64,000 bases of DNA from a virus: positions 12,318 to 76,317 of IMG/VR virus record IMGVR_UViG_3300013132_000040. One strand, 5' to 3'. Positions 40,283 to 50,049 of this stretch are shown here, in pieces. Position 1 is the first letter of the stretch, and the number at the start of each line of letters is the position of its first letter. The notes under the pieces were generated by a model. It ran no database searches and was not told the DNA's origin. It was given only the letters and a program-made list of their open reading frames with translations. The position numbers and the translations under genes are program-made.

Positions 40283-40485
40283 TGCCTAGGTATGATTTTC
40301 AGTGTGGTCGATGCGACGATGTTCGGGAGGCAACTAGTACAGATCCTATCGATTGTGCCTACTGTGGCATCGGTATGAAAAGGAAATACAATTTTGCTGG
40401 TTCGATATTAAAAGGTTCAGGCTGGTATTCTGTAGATAGGCGCCGATCTGACGGTGGAACAATTGGTATAGAGGATCCTAATTAA
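40282..40485 (+). CDS. FmdB-family zinc-ribbon protein
   Basis: MPRYDFQCGRC...CAYCG..MKR...KGSGWYSVD. Confidence 0.8.
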   Translation: MPRYDFQCGRCDDVREATSTDPIDCAYCGIGMKRKYNFAGSILKGSGWYSVDRRRSDGGTIGIEDPN

Positions 40486-40494
40486 GGTTTTTAA

Positions 40495-43400
40495 GTGAAA
40501 AATTGGTGTAATTTACACGTACACACCACTTTCTCCATGCTTGATGGTCATGGCAAGGTGGATAGGTACGCCGAACGGGCCGCAGAACTAGGGATGACCG
40601 CTTTAGCGCAAACTGACCATGGTAATGTTCATGGGTGGTTGGATTTTTATGATGCGTGCAAGAAGGTTGACATCAAGCCCATCCTTGGGCTTGAGGCCTA
40701 TCAAGCGCGTAAGACAAGGTTTGACAGGGATGAAGAGGAAAGAGCTGGTCCAGCCCAGAATGAATGGGACCAAAGGGGCCCATACCATTTAACGGTACTC
40801 GCTAAAAATGCAAGTGGGTATAGAAACTTAATTAAACTCTCTTCCAGAGCTTTTACTGAGGGCTTCTATGTTAAACCAAGGATAGACCATAATCTCGTTT
40901 CCGAACATAGTGATGGTCTTATAGTGTTGTCTGGGTGCCTGAATGGCGAAGTTCAACAAGCGCTTTTGAGGAATGATTTCCCTAAGGCTTTGCAGCACGC
41001 TTCTGCTATGCAGGATATCGTTGGTAAGGAAAATTATTTTATTGAAATTCAGGATCACGGGCTTAGCGAACAAAAGCTGGTCAAACAGCAAACCCTAGAG
41101 ATTGCAAAGAAGATTGGCGCAAAAGTTGTCGTTACTGGGGACTGTCACTATGTAAATAAATCAGACGCTCATTTTCATGACGTGATGCTTTGTTCCGGCA
41201 CTAAGTCTCTGCTTGAGCAAGAAAATAGATTTAGGTTTAGTGGCGATGAGTTTTATCTAAAGTCATACAGCGAAATGGAATCGGCATTTGAATCTGAGTG
41301 GCTTGATAATACGCTACTTGTGGCCGAAATGGTTGATATACAATTGGAGTTTAATGAGTTTCATTTCCCGGAATTTCCTGATGTACCACAGGGTGTCGAC
41401 GTTAATAAGCACTTAGAAATGCTTGTTTGGGAAGGTCTCAAAAAAAGGTATGGAGATCCAATACCCAGCGAAGTTATAGCAAGGGCGACTCACGAACTCG
41501 GGGTTGTAGAGCGCATGGGTTTCCCCCACTATTTCTTGGTTGTATCCGATATTGTTCGCTGGGCCAAGAGCAATAATATTAGGGTCGGCTGGGGCAGGGG
41601 CTCTGCTGCCGGGTCTATACTTTCGTATGCTTTGGAAATAACTAATTTAGACCCATTAAGGTTCGGTTTGCTTTTTGAGCGTTTCTTGGTTGAGGGAAGA
41701 AAGTCCATGCCTGATATCGACTTGGACTTCGATGATCGTCATAGGGATAGAGTTATAGATTATGTAAGATCAAGGTATGGTCACGATCATGTTGCGCATA
41801 TCTGCACGTTTGGTACCGTGGGCGCTAGAAGTGCGATAAGGGATACTGCACGTGTGCTCGGCTATGAATATAGGGTTGGTGACGACATTGCAAAACTAGT
41901 GCCTCCAGATGTTTTGGGTGTCGCAAAAAATCTAGATGAAGCCTTAGAATCACCAGAAATGCGTAAAAAATACGAATCAGATCCCGACGCAAAAATTATC
42001 ATTGATACAGCCAGGGGTATAGAGGGTATTCATAGACAGACTGGTATACACGCTGCTGGCGTTGTTATCTCTAAGAACCCCCTGACTGAATACATCCCCA
42101 TTATGCAGAAAGGTGAAAGTTCGCCCGTAGTAACACAGTGGGATATGAATCGCGTGGAGCAAAACGGCTTGCTTAAAATCGACTTCTTAGGTTTAAGGAA
42201 TCTAGGTGTTGTCGATATGGCCGAAAGGATGATCAACGAACGTCATGGTGTATCTGTTGATTGCCATAATTTGCCCCTAGACGATGAAGGTGTCTATAGA
42301 TACTTGAGTGCCGGAAATTCTATGGGCATCTTCCAGGTTGAATCTCGCGGAATGCGCGATATGATGCTCTCAATGAGGCCAGATCGCATTGAAGACATTA
42401 TGGCTTTGATTTCCCTTTACCGCCCCGGCCCTTTGGGTTCGGGTATGGACCGTATTTATATCGATAGAAAACATGGCCGAAAAAACGCAGAAGTCCCGCA
42501 TCCAAAATTGGAGGATGTTTTACAAAAATCACGTGGGGTCATGCTTTACCAAGAGGACGTCATTAACGTGGCAAGAGTTCTTGCCGGTTTCAGCGCATCT
42601 GAAGCGGACGATTTGCGTAAAGTAATCGGCAAAAAACAAATGGATAAAGTTCACTTACTGCGTCAACAGTTTGTTGAAGGGTGCAAAAAGCACAGTAACG
42701 TTAATGAAAATTTGGCTAATAAGATTTATTCAGATATTGAATACTTTGCGGGTTACGGCTTTAATAAGGCCCACGCCGCTTCCTACGCTGTTTTGTCTTA
42801 CATTACCGCGTGGCTTAAGTGCTATTACCCCATAGAGTATATGACCGCTCTGCTGACATCTGTAGCGACAAATAAGGATAAACTATCCCCATACCTAAAT
42901 GAGTGTAGAAAAATGTCTCTTAAAGTTCTTCCGCCATCTATGAAGGATTCGGAGTCTGATTTCACCATTTCTGGTGATGAAGAGATTGTTTTTGGTTTTT
43001 CTGCCATTGATGGCATTGGCGAATCTAAGATACAAGAAATCTTAGCTAATCGTGAATCCGCAAACATTTGGGAATTCCTCAGGAAATGTGAGTCTGGAGT
43101 AATCAATAAAGCCACTCTAGAGCATTTAATCAGATCTGGTGCGTTTGACGAACTTTCACCTATGCACAAAAAAGTTGGTAGATCAGAAAAATTAAACTTA
43201 TTGGAGTCCGAAAAAGATGAGTTAGGTCTTTATGTGACTGATCATCCATTATTCGAGATATGGGATTTTATTTCACCTAAAATTTCATGCGAAATGGATG
43301 TACTGCAAACCAGATCAGACGGTGAACTTGTGACGATCGGTGGCATAGTTTCAAAGAAACAATCTATAATGACAAAAGCCAATAAGCAGATGTACAGATT

Positions 43401-43821
43401 ACAAGTTGATGACGTAACTACGAGTGTGGAGGTTATAGTCTTCCCCAAATACGCTGCAAAAGTTTTAGACCATAAAATCGAGGCTGGTTCATTAGTCATT
43501 GTTAGTGGCAACCTTGCGTTCGAGGGTGATGAAGAGAATCAAATTGTAAAAATTTTGTTAACAGATATAGAAAAATTAGACATATCTATACTTCACGGTG
43601 GCAAACCCATACGTCTAAAGACCCAATATAAACCAAGTTATAGCCAAGTAAAAAAAATTCGTGATATAATAGGTAATGCATCCGGTGATTCTCCGGTTTA
43701 TTTGGAGTTTCCAGACGAAACTTCTGTGGTTACCTTCAAGTTTAAGGGTACAACTTCAGAATCTGTCGGCGATGAGCTTCATAAACTAATGCAAATTTTT
43801 GAACTTGAAAGAAGAATATGA
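40495..43821 (+). CDS. dnaE: DNA polymerase III alpha subunit
   Basis: PHP domain HVHTTFSMLDG, TDHG; GRGSAAGS, FERFL, MPDIDLDF, HAAGVVI, KIDFLGL, YGFNKAH; OB fold. Confidence 0.97.
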   Translation: MKNWCNLHVHTTFSMLDGHGKVDRYAERAAELGMTALAQTDHGNVHGWLDFYDACKKVDIKPILGLEAYQARKTRFDRDEEERAGPAQNEWDQRGPYHLTVLAKNASGYRNLIKLSSRAFTEGFYVKPRIDHNLVSEHSDGLIVLSGCLNGEVQQALLRNDFPKALQHASAMQDIVGKENYFIEIQDHGLSEQKLVKQQTLEIAKKIGAKVVVTGDCHYVNKSDAHFHDVMLCSGTKSLLEQENRFRFSGDEFYLKSYSEMESAFESEWLDNTLLVAEMVDIQLEFNEFHFPEFPDVPQGVDVNKHLEMLVWEGLKKRYGDPIPSEVIARATHELGVVERMGFPHYFLVVSDIVRWAKSNNIRVGWGRGSAAGSILSYALEITNLDPLRFGLLFERFLVEGRKSMPDIDLDFDDRHRDRVIDYVRSRYGHDHVAHICTFGTVGARSAIRDTARVLGYEYRVGDDIAKLVPPDVLGVAKNLDEALESPEMRKKYESDPDAKIIIDTARGIEGIHRQTGIHAAGVVISKNPLTEYIPIMQKGESSPVVTQWDMNRVEQNGLLKIDFLGLRNLGVVDMAERMINERHGVSVDCHNLPLDDEGVYRYLSAGNSMGIFQVESRGMRDMMLSMRPDRIEDIMALISLYRPGPLGSGMDRIYIDRKHGRKNAEVPHPKLEDVLQKSRGVMLYQEDVINVARVLAGFSASEADDLRKVIGKKQMDKVHLLRQQFVEGCKKHSNVNENLANKIYSDIEYFAGYGFNKAHAASYAVLSYITAWLKCYYPIEYMTALLTSVATNKDKLSPYLNECRKMSLKVLPPSMKDSESDFTISGDEEIVFGFSAIDGIGESKIQEILANRESANIWEFLRKCESGVINKATLEHLIRSGAFDELSPMHKKVGRSEKLNLLESEKDELGLYVTDHPLFEIWDFISPKISCEMDVLQTRSDGELVTIGGIVSKKQSIMTKANKQMYRLQVDDVTTSVEVIVFPKYAAKVLDHKIEAGSLVIVSGNLAFEGDEENQIVKILLTDIEKLDISILHGGKPIRLKTQYKPSYSQVKKIRDIIGNASGDSPVYLEFPDETSVVTFKFKGTTSESVGDELHKLMQIFELERRI

Positions 43822-44228
43822 TGGAATATTTGGCGCCAAAAGGGACATATCGTGATCCGTTTACTAGATACTGCTGGAAAACATGCGGATCTTGTGGCCG
43901 CTGCTCTAACAAGGGTTCTCGATCAAAATGCAACGGATGCAGCGGGAGGGTTGATGAGTATGGCCAAAAGGTCCCTCACATCGACGACAGGTGTAGGTGC
44001 ACAGAAGGGATTTTGCAGTTGGTGAATAAGGAAGGCAAGATGTACCAGATTAGATTAAAAAATAACCCTTTTGCTGGCAAGGTTACACATGAGAGGAAAA
44101 CTCAGGATGAGCAGGATTATGAGGCATACCTACACTCAGAGAGGGAGCGGAGGGATGATCCAACGTGGGATCCTGTTATGTTTGATGACGGCACAAGCAC
44201 TCAAGATTGGTCTAATTCAAGACGATGA
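43818..44228 (+). CDS. Cys-rich hypothetical protein
   Basis: CWKTCGSCGRC...CNGC...CRC. Confidence 0.6.
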   Translation: MMEYLAPKGTYRDPFTRYCWKTCGSCGRCSNKGSRSKCNGCSGRVDEYGQKVPHIDDRCRCTEGILQLVNKEGKMYQIRLKNNPFAGKVTHERKTQDEQDYEAYLHSERERRDDPTWDPVMFDDGTSTQDWSNSRR

Positions 44229-44410
44229 AAAAAGAAACTTACCAAAATAATAATGTCATTATTGAAGTCCGAAGGTTTGGCAACGGCGTTGTAGATTACT
44301 GGATTCAGTGTGGCCAGGCTGGCTTGATGTTGAGTCAAGATGATTTAATTGATTTGAATGAAATAGTTACGGCAGCATGTCTAGAGATTCGGGTGCAAGA
44401 TGAATATTGA
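44225..44410 (+). CDS. Small hypothetical protein
   Basis: ATGA coupling to the upstream gene. Confidence 0.5.
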   Translation: MKKETYQNNNVIIEVRRFGNGVVDYWIQCGQAGLMLSQDDLIDLNEIVTAACLEIRVQDEY

Positions 44411-44540
44411 AGACGATTTTATGGAGATAGGCGATACGGGCCTTATACCTATAGGTGAAGGGCTGTTTTGGGACAAAAAAGCTAATAAGATAGTCGACTT
44501 ACACGAAAAGGAAGCTGATGAGCCAGAGGAAGATGCCTAA
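44400..44540 (+). CDS. Small acidic hypothetical protein (46 aa, not in ORF track)
   Basis: MNIEDDFMEIGDTGLIPIGEGLFWDKKANKIVD...; fills the gap and overlaps both neighbours. Confidence 0.45.
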   Translation: MNIEDDFMEIGDTGLIPIGEGLFWDKKANKIVDLHEKEADEPEEDA

Positions 44541-44871
44541 AGACCTAATTGTTGGTCCTTATAATTATCAGGTTAAAAATGACAAATCTTCAATGGATTC
44601 GGCTAGAGTTAAATTTGATTCCTTAGAAGCTATTGGTTTCACTTCTACGCACGAACAGTGCATATACGTTGATCCCGAATTGCAAGAAGATATGCGAGCA
44701 GAAGTGCTGCTCCATGAAGTGCTTCACGCAATATGCGAAGCTACTGGAATGGGCGTGTACTTCGAGGAAAAGGACGAAGAGCAGTTTATAGCTACGGTTT
44801 CCCCATTGCTTCTTGACACCTTGAGACGAAATGAAGAATTTGCTGACTATCTACTAAACAGGGAGTATTGA
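44518..44871 (+). CDS. HEXXH zinc-metallopeptidase-like protein
   Basis: IYVD...EVLLHEVLHAI...EEQF. Confidence 0.7.
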   Translation: MSQRKMPKDLIVGPYNYQVKNDKSSMDSARVKFDSLEAIGFTSTHEQCIYVDPELQEDMRAEVLLHEVLHAICEATGMGVYFEEKDEEQFIATVSPLLLDTLRRNEEFADYLLNREY

Positions 44872-45656
44872 TGGCTATAAGGACTTTAGATGAATTATCG
44901 GAATTTGAAAAACTTTCTTTGATTCCAGTTAGCTATTCAAGGCTCAATACCCTCGATATGTGTGAGGCTAAATATTTCTTCTCTTATATACTGAAAGAAC
45001 CCCAAACGTTTGGGGCAGCAGCGACTTTGGGAAATGTTCTCCACAAAGTGCTAGAAGAAAAACTTAAAAGAAATCAGGTAATTAAAAAGTCAGATCTTGA
45101 TTCATTTATCGAAGTTTACAATAGCCAGATACCAAACTATGACCCCAATTCAGAGATACCAGACACCATGTTAATCGATGGGGAGACTATGCTGGTAGAG
45201 TTTATCGATAGGCACGATGGTGAATCTTTTGATATTGAATATCAAGAAAAGGGTTTCACCATAGTGATAGGAAATGCCCTTGTAAGTGGTTACATCGACC
45301 GGATAGATATAGTGGGTGATACTGTTTATATTATTGACTACAAGTCCGGTAAGCGTGAGGAAGCGCAAAAGAATATTTCAAAGAATATTCAATTAGGTAT
45401 ATACGCCTTGGCCATGAAGAAGGCTTACCCCGATAAGAACATTCATGCATCGTTGTATTATCTACGTTCGGGTAAGCAAAAAGGCCACCTCTTTACAGAT
45501 GGTGACCTTCTTGAAATCGAGTTATTGATTAGGGATCTTATTTATAAGTTAGTAAATAAAGGAAATTTTTCTTACACCCCGAACAGTTTCATATGCTCAT
45601 TCTGCGACTACGCGAAAAATGGCGTATGCTCTGTTGGCGCCAGAAGAGTGCACTAG
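44868..45656 (+). CDS. Cas4/RecB-like PD-(D/E)XK exonuclease with Fe-S cysteines
   Basis: SYSRL...C, GNVLH, GYIDRID, IIDYKSG, QLGIY, CSFCDY...C. Confidence 0.88.
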   Translation: MMAIRTLDELSEFEKLSLIPVSYSRLNTLDMCEAKYFFSYILKEPQTFGAAATLGNVLHKVLEEKLKRNQVIKKSDLDSFIEVYNSQIPNYDPNSEIPDTMLIDGETMLVEFIDRHDGESFDIEYQEKGFTIVIGNALVSGYIDRIDIVGDTVYIIDYKSGKREEAQKNISKNIQLGIYALAMKKAYPDKNIHASLYYLRSGKQKGHLFTDGDLLEIELLIRDLIYKLVNKGNFSYTPNSFICSFCDYAKNGVCSVGARRVH

Positions 45657-45817
45657 AACAGTGTACTCTCTAGGTCGATATTTTCCATGATTGCAAGTGC
45701 ATCAAAGTCTTCTCTGGCTAGATCGTAGGCTTCACCTGCGACAACACCGTAGTCCATGAGGTCACATGCAATATTGTCTTTTACTACCTGGATGAGTTGT
45801 TCATTTAATGTATTCAT
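45653..45817 (-). CDS. Small acidic hypothetical protein (54 aa), convergent with the Cas4-like gene (not in ORF track)
   Basis: MNTLNEQLIQVVKDNIACDLMDYG...; own promoter TTGAAA-18nt-TAAAGT ends 7 nt upstream of ATG. Confidence 0.55.
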   Translation of the reverse strand: MNTLNEQLIQVVKDNIACDLMDYGVVAGEAYDLAREDFDALAIMENIDLESTLF

Positions 45818-45824
45818 GTCGGAT

Positions 45825-45889
45825 ACTTTATCATTCCTTGTCTAGTCGTTTCAAGTTTTATTGACTTTTTTTACTTTTTCCTGTAAAAT
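45825..45889. promoter_or_regulatory. Divergent sigma70-type promoters
   Basis: + strand TTGACT(45861)-17nt-TAAAAT(45884); - strand TTGAAA-18nt-TAAAGT with TG extension. Confidence 0.6.
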
Positions 45890-45906
45890 TTTCTTATGGA
45901 GGTTTT

Positions 45907-46824
45907 ATGGGCAGTGAATGGTCACCGGTTGAAGATACGTTTCTCATCGAAAATGCGCATCGCATGTCGTATGAGGAGTTGTCACTATATCTTAAAAAAA
46001 CGCATAATGCAATTCGTGAGCGAAGTTTAATCTTAGACTGTACTTCTTCTGTGTCGCCGGCAAAGAATGTAAGTAAGGTTTGCGAATACGCGGAATGTAA
46101 ACGAATATTCAAAGTGCGCTATTCGGATTACTCAAAAAGAAACCAAGTGTTCTGTTCAGAACAGTGTCTTGGACTTTATGAGGCTTTATTCTATCCGGCA
46201 AAAAAAGAAATTGAGTCTTTAATAGCAGAGGGTAAGACTTTCGATGAAATAGCATCTTATTTTAAGATGCCAGGCGGAGCTATGTACGAGCTTTTTCTTA
46301 CGTATTGTTTGCCGGGTAGGCCAAAAAGTATTGATAAAGTTTTCTTCTTTAAAGAGGATAAAAAGCAAAAAGAGAAAAGAACCACGCTACTTAAGCAAAC
46401 TGGTAGGTCACCTATGAATAAATTTAAGTCGGGCTACAAGCCTTATCTTGGGGTGTCCATAAGAAGTGGCTGGGAAAATAATGTTTTGCTTTGGCTAAAC
46501 AAACAATCAATCAAGTGGGAATATGAACCAAAAGTTTTTTATTTTTCCGAAGTAAAAACAGGAACTAAGGGATACACTCCAGATATTTGGCTTCCTAAGC
46601 AAAAAATATGGATAGAAGTCAAAGGTTATATGTCTTCTGTGGATAAAACAAAAATAAAAAGATTTAAGAAATATTATCCAGAAGAGTTTAAAAAACTGCA
46701 AGTAATAACAAAAAATGATAAAGTAGATAGTACAAAGTTTTTTAAAGAATTCGGCGTACCAGTCTACGCTTATTATGACGACATAGATAAAAACTATAAC
46801 ACAATCGACCATTGGATGAGATAA
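45907..46824 (+). CDS. HTH/zinc-finger + PD-(D/E)XK endonuclease (T7 endonuclease I-like C-terminal domain)
   Basis: WSPVEDTFL HTH; CEYAEC...FCSEQC; RSGWE...WEYEP...YTPDIWL...IEVKG; GGAGG SD. Confidence 0.75.
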   Translation: MGSEWSPVEDTFLIENAHRMSYEELSLYLKKTHNAIRERSLILDCTSSVSPAKNVSKVCEYAECKRIFKVRYSDYSKRNQVFCSEQCLGLYEALFYPAKKEIESLIAEGKTFDEIASYFKMPGGAMYELFLTYCLPGRPKSIDKVFFFKEDKKQKEKRTTLLKQTGRSPMNKFKSGYKPYLGVSIRSGWENNVLLWLNKQSIKWEYEPKVFYFSEVKTGTKGYTPDIWLPKQKIWIEVKGYMSSVDKTKIKRFKKYYPEEFKKLQVITKNDKVDSTKFFKEFGVPVYAYYDDIDKNYNTIDHWMR

Positions 46825-46828
46825 GTGC

Positions 46829-47689
46829 ATGCCTAAAGCTAAGACTAAACCTAAAAAAGATGTTTCTAATCAGTATTACAGCTTGTCGGAAGATGAGATT
46901 CAAGATTTAATAACGAACGCTAAAGCGGGCAACCCAAAAGCGCAAATAGAGCTGATTAAGATATTTGAGCCTTTTTTAAATAAGTACGTAGCTCTCCTTC
47001 ATTACGGTAAGTACAAGCTTTCCGACTATGATGTTAGACAGTTTATTAATCTGTTTGTTCCCGATAAAACTGTGGGGTTTTATCTAAGGAGAAATAAACT
47101 AAATCCAGTTGGTGTGGCAAAAGTGCAGGAAACAGTCCAGGGCATCAGGTATATGGTGGAACGGTATGGCGACGAAGAGGATACTCGCCAAACTGTTCAC
47201 TTAGCGTTCTTGCAGTGTCTCATGAACTATAAGAGAACGGAATCTAAGGCTGGGGGTTATGTTCCATTTAGTGGTTATATCTATAGTTATTTTTACTTTA
47301 TTTTGAGCAAGCATGTAAAAACATTCCTGATAGACCAGCTTGGAAGAAAGACGTTTCCTCTTATCGATAATGAGGACTTTGCTGAAACTGATTCTGACGA
47401 GAAACTGCAGGGGTTTAGTGCGCCTCCGGAACCTTCTGTGGAAGACCTTCTTGGTCCAGAGGTGATCGATGAGTTTTGGGTCGCTGGTGATTCTACTATC
47501 TTCCCCTTCGATAGGCTTTCTATGCAAGAGCGGCAGTTGGTGAAGTGGAGATTTGTGGATGGCTATAAGTCGAGTGAAATAGCCCAAAAGATTACTGAAC
47601 ATCCCAACACTGTTAGGGAGCACTTTAACAAAATCCGCTTAAAATTGATGGAACTTTTAATAGAAGAAGACTTCCAAATCCCGCAATAA
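46829..47689 (+). CDS. Phage sigma70-like RNA polymerase sigma factor
   Basis: Region-2-like LITNAKAGNPKAQIELI...FSGYI; region-4 HTH LSMQERQLVKWRFVDGYKSSEIAQKITEHPNTVREH. Confidence 0.75.
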   Translation: MPKAKTKPKKDVSNQYYSLSEDEIQDLITNAKAGNPKAQIELIKIFEPFLNKYVALLHYGKYKLSDYDVRQFINLFVPDKTVGFYLRRNKLNPVGVAKVQETVQGIRYMVERYGDEEDTRQTVHLAFLQCLMNYKRTESKAGGYVPFSGYIYSYFYFILSKHVKTFLIDQLGRKTFPLIDNEDFAETDSDEKLQGFSAPPEPSVEDLLGPEVIDEFWVAGDSTIFPFDRLSMQERQLVKWRFVDGYKSSEIAQKITEHPNTVREHFNKIRLKLMELLIEEDFQIPQ

Positions 47690-47707
47690 TGAAAAGAAGG
47701 AATTACT

Positions 47708-47869
47708 ATGGTAGTTGATATAAGTTACGCAAAAGATTTTTGTATCAATTGTGGTCATTATCACCACAAAAAAGAATTAAATAAACCATATGATTGTATG
47801 TTGGGGCATGATTGTAAGTGTAAAGAAAAAAACTTTATGCCCAGAAGATACAAGGGTTATTTCGGCTGA
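47708..47869 (+). CDS. Small Cys/His-rich protein (53 aa, not in ORF track)
   Basis: CINCGHYHH...CMLGHDCKC; AAGGA SD. Confidence 0.45.
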   Translation: MVVDISYAKDFCINCGHYHHKKELNKPYDCMLGHDCKCKEKNFMPRRYKGYFG

Positions 47870-47879
47870 AAGGTTTTAA

Positions 47880-48434
47880 ATGCCTCTAGATTTTCCAGAT
47901 TCACCAACAAATGGGCAACAGTACACTTCTGGCACTAGGACCTGGCAGTACGATAGCGCAAATACCGCTTGGGGGCTTGTCGCTTCTGGTATTGTTGGCC
48001 CTACTGGCCCTTCCTTGCCGGTTGGTACGCTCCTCATGTGGGCTGGTACAGCTTCTGGGGGTAGCGCACCTGCCTATACAAGCCTTCCGAGTGGTTTCCT
48101 TTTGTGCGACGGTTCTGCAATTTCTCGAAGTACTTATTCTGCGTTGTTTTCGGCAATAGGTACGAGATATGGTGTCGGTAATAACTCGACAACCTTTAAT
48201 ATACCGACTTTGACAGCCCAAATACCGCATGGTCTAACTGCGGGAAGCAACGCAAACAATAATACCGATAAGAATACCACCGTGCAAAGTGCAGACCATA
48301 CACATAATATTACCGTTTGGCAGCCAAATGATACAACTGGTTTTAGCGTAACTACAAAGGCAAGCGCAACCCAAAGTGCGGATCACACCCATAGTTTTAA
48401 GATTACTTCAGTTTATTACCTTATTAAGTTTTAA
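47880..48434 (+). CDS. Short tail fibre with phage tail-collar domain
   Basis: MPLDFPDSPTNGQ, PVGTLLMWAG, GFLLCDGSAISRSTYSALFSAIGTRYG, TTFNIP; two QSADHTH (HxH) repeats. Confidence 0.88.
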   Translation: MPLDFPDSPTNGQQYTSGTRTWQYDSANTAWGLVASGIVGPTGPSLPVGTLLMWAGTASGGSAPAYTSLPSGFLLCDGSAISRSTYSALFSAIGTRYGVGNNSTTFNIPTLTAQIPHGLTAGSNANNNTDKNTTVQSADHTHNITVWQPNDTTGFSVTTKASATQSADHTHSFKITSVYYLIKF

Positions 48435-48445
48435 GTAGGAGAATA

Positions 48446-49129
48446 ATGAATCAGGAATTCAAACTATCCGATGAACCTCCCCATAGGGGGGGGAAAGGTT
48501 ATTTCGAAAAAGTTATTGGAGTCACAGATAACGTTGGTTATTTTGGCTTTGCTCCTGCAGTAAGCAGGTTGAACACGGACGACGATAGGTGTGACCGCAA
48601 TACTTCGTGGGGCCCAGTAAGTTTCCATAAGGTAGAAGATGGTGTATGTAACTGTGGATATCTCGATCAAGATGAGTCTACGGAAATATCCTGCCAGATA
48701 GGCTACGCTGATCCTTCCGGAATTGATTTTGCTGCACCAGTAATTTCTAGGGCACCTATTGGTTATGTATGCTACGCAGAGCATCATGATCAAAGTATAG
48801 AAAACCTTTTTTGCAGGCAACACTGGAACTCTAATGCTAGAACTTTACAGGAACTTTTCAAACTCATGTACGAATGGAAAGATTGTTACACTGAGTTAAA
48901 TTCAGATTACCAGATAGCTATCGTAGCTAATGATTTATTAGAAGAATTAGAAGTCCCAGAGGATGTAGAGTCTTGGATTAGAACTGAAGTACCAGATGGT
49001 CCTGTTGTTAAATTTCTCAACGGCGACCCCGATGCTAGGGCCAGGTCTTCAAATATACCCGATTTACCCGACTTTGTTAGCCAGTGGTTTTGGAAAGTTG
49101 TGAATTCAGGATTAAATTACGGTTGGTAA
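48446..49129 (+). CDS. Hypothetical protein following the tail fibre
   Basis: 227-aa ORF with AGGAG SD. Confidence 0.65.
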   Translation: MNQEFKLSDEPPHRGGKGYFEKVIGVTDNVGYFGFAPAVSRLNTDDDRCDRNTSWGPVSFHKVEDGVCNCGYLDQDESTEISCQIGYADPSGIDFAAPVISRAPIGYVCYAEHHDQSIENLFCRQHWNSNARTLQELFKLMYEWKDCYTELNSDYQIAIVANDLLEELEVPEDVESWIRTEVPDGPVVKFLNGDPDARARSSNIPDLPDFVSQWFWKVVNSGLNYGW

Positions 49130-49152
49130 CCATATTACACAAAAGGATTAGT

Positions 49153-49275
49153 ATGACAGAAGATTTCGGACTTCCACCTGAGCCATCTTTAGAGGACTTA
49201 CCAAATCCAAATGGTAATCCTAACATGATTGGTGAAGTTCTACCCGAAGATTGGACACCAGATGGCGACAGCTGA
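49153..49275 (+). CDS. Small acidic Pro-rich peptide
   Basis: AAGGA SD; overlaps the lysin start. Confidence 0.4.
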   Translation: MTEDFGLPPEPSLEDLPNPNGNPNMIGEVLPEDWTPDGDS

Positions 49276-49912
49276 AGATGCCCTAAATATTGCTAGGTCC
49301 CAAATCGGTGCTGGCCCAAAAGATTTCGTAGATTGGTACGGTTCCGGCGCTACTGTTTCGACACCGTGGTGCTGCATTTTCCAGTCGTGGGTACTTTCTT
49401 GGTGCGCAATTCCAACCCATTATGCTTGGGTGTCTGGTTTATTCGATAATTACCGTTCGGAAGGTAAAACATTCGCCCCTCGTGAAGCCCAGCCTGGTGA
49501 TCTAGTCGCTTTTGACTACGACAACGGTGGACCCAGGGCATATGATCATATCGCCATGGTGGAAGCAGTTGTCCCGGAAGGTCTTGTTTGCATAAATGGC
49601 AATTGGCAGAATCGAGTGCAACGTGTGTTGCATCGTTGGGGCGCTAGCGGTTTTAGTGGCGGTATCGCCGAAATTGCTCGCCCCTCTTACTCAATAGTTC
49701 CCGTTCCAGATTTGGAGGATGATGAAATGAAGTCTGTACTTATGGTTGATCGCCGCAAGAGCCCAGCCCCAGTTTACCATTGCGTTGGTAATACAAAGGT
49801 TTGGCTATCGGACAGGGATCAGGTTGATGCACTTAAGTTTCTTGGTGCTCAGGTAATTGACCCGGCTCCACCAGCCTGGCTAGACGCCCTCGCTACTCTT
49901 CCAAGGGGCTAG
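49262..49912 (+). CDS. CHAP-domain endolysin
   Basis: ARSQIG, WYG, PWCCIFQSW (catalytic Cys), PGDLVAFD, DHIAMVE (His), INGN. Confidence 0.85.
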   Translation: MATAEDALNIARSQIGAGPKDFVDWYGSGATVSTPWCCIFQSWVLSWCAIPTHYAWVSGLFDNYRSEGKTFAPREAQPGDLVAFDYDNGGPRAYDHIAMVEAVVPEGLVCINGNWQNRVQRVLHRWGASGFSGGIAEIARPSYSIVPVPDLEDDEMKSVLMVDRRKSPAPVYHCVGNTKVWLSDRDQVDALKFLGAQVIDPAPPAWLDALATLPRG

Positions 49913-50049
49913 TGTCTACATTGGGTCACCATAGCCCCCTAAATGCCCGTAGGATCGTCTGTGGGCGGTTTGGTTGGGGGCAACCCAGCTTATAGCTAAT
50001 TGCGAGTTTACAGGGCAAATAAGGCGCAGTAGTTAACTTAATATACGAG

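Noticed and set aside
40495-43821. Intein or split in dnaE
   Set aside because: Length (1108 aa) and continuous motifs match an uninterrupted DnaE.
48280-48400. Repeated QSADHTH segment in the tail fibre as a possible DGR template/variable repeat pair
   Set aside because: Short in-frame HxH fibre repeats with synonymous differences not confined to adenines; no reverse transcriptase in the window.
578-48823. Numerous 60-180 aa antisense or nested ORFs inside large + strand genes (e.g. 578-1120, 2559-2918, 22818-23201, 42825-43169, 47201-47623)
   Set aside because: Shadow ORFs fully overlapping well-supported genes, with no motifs or SD.
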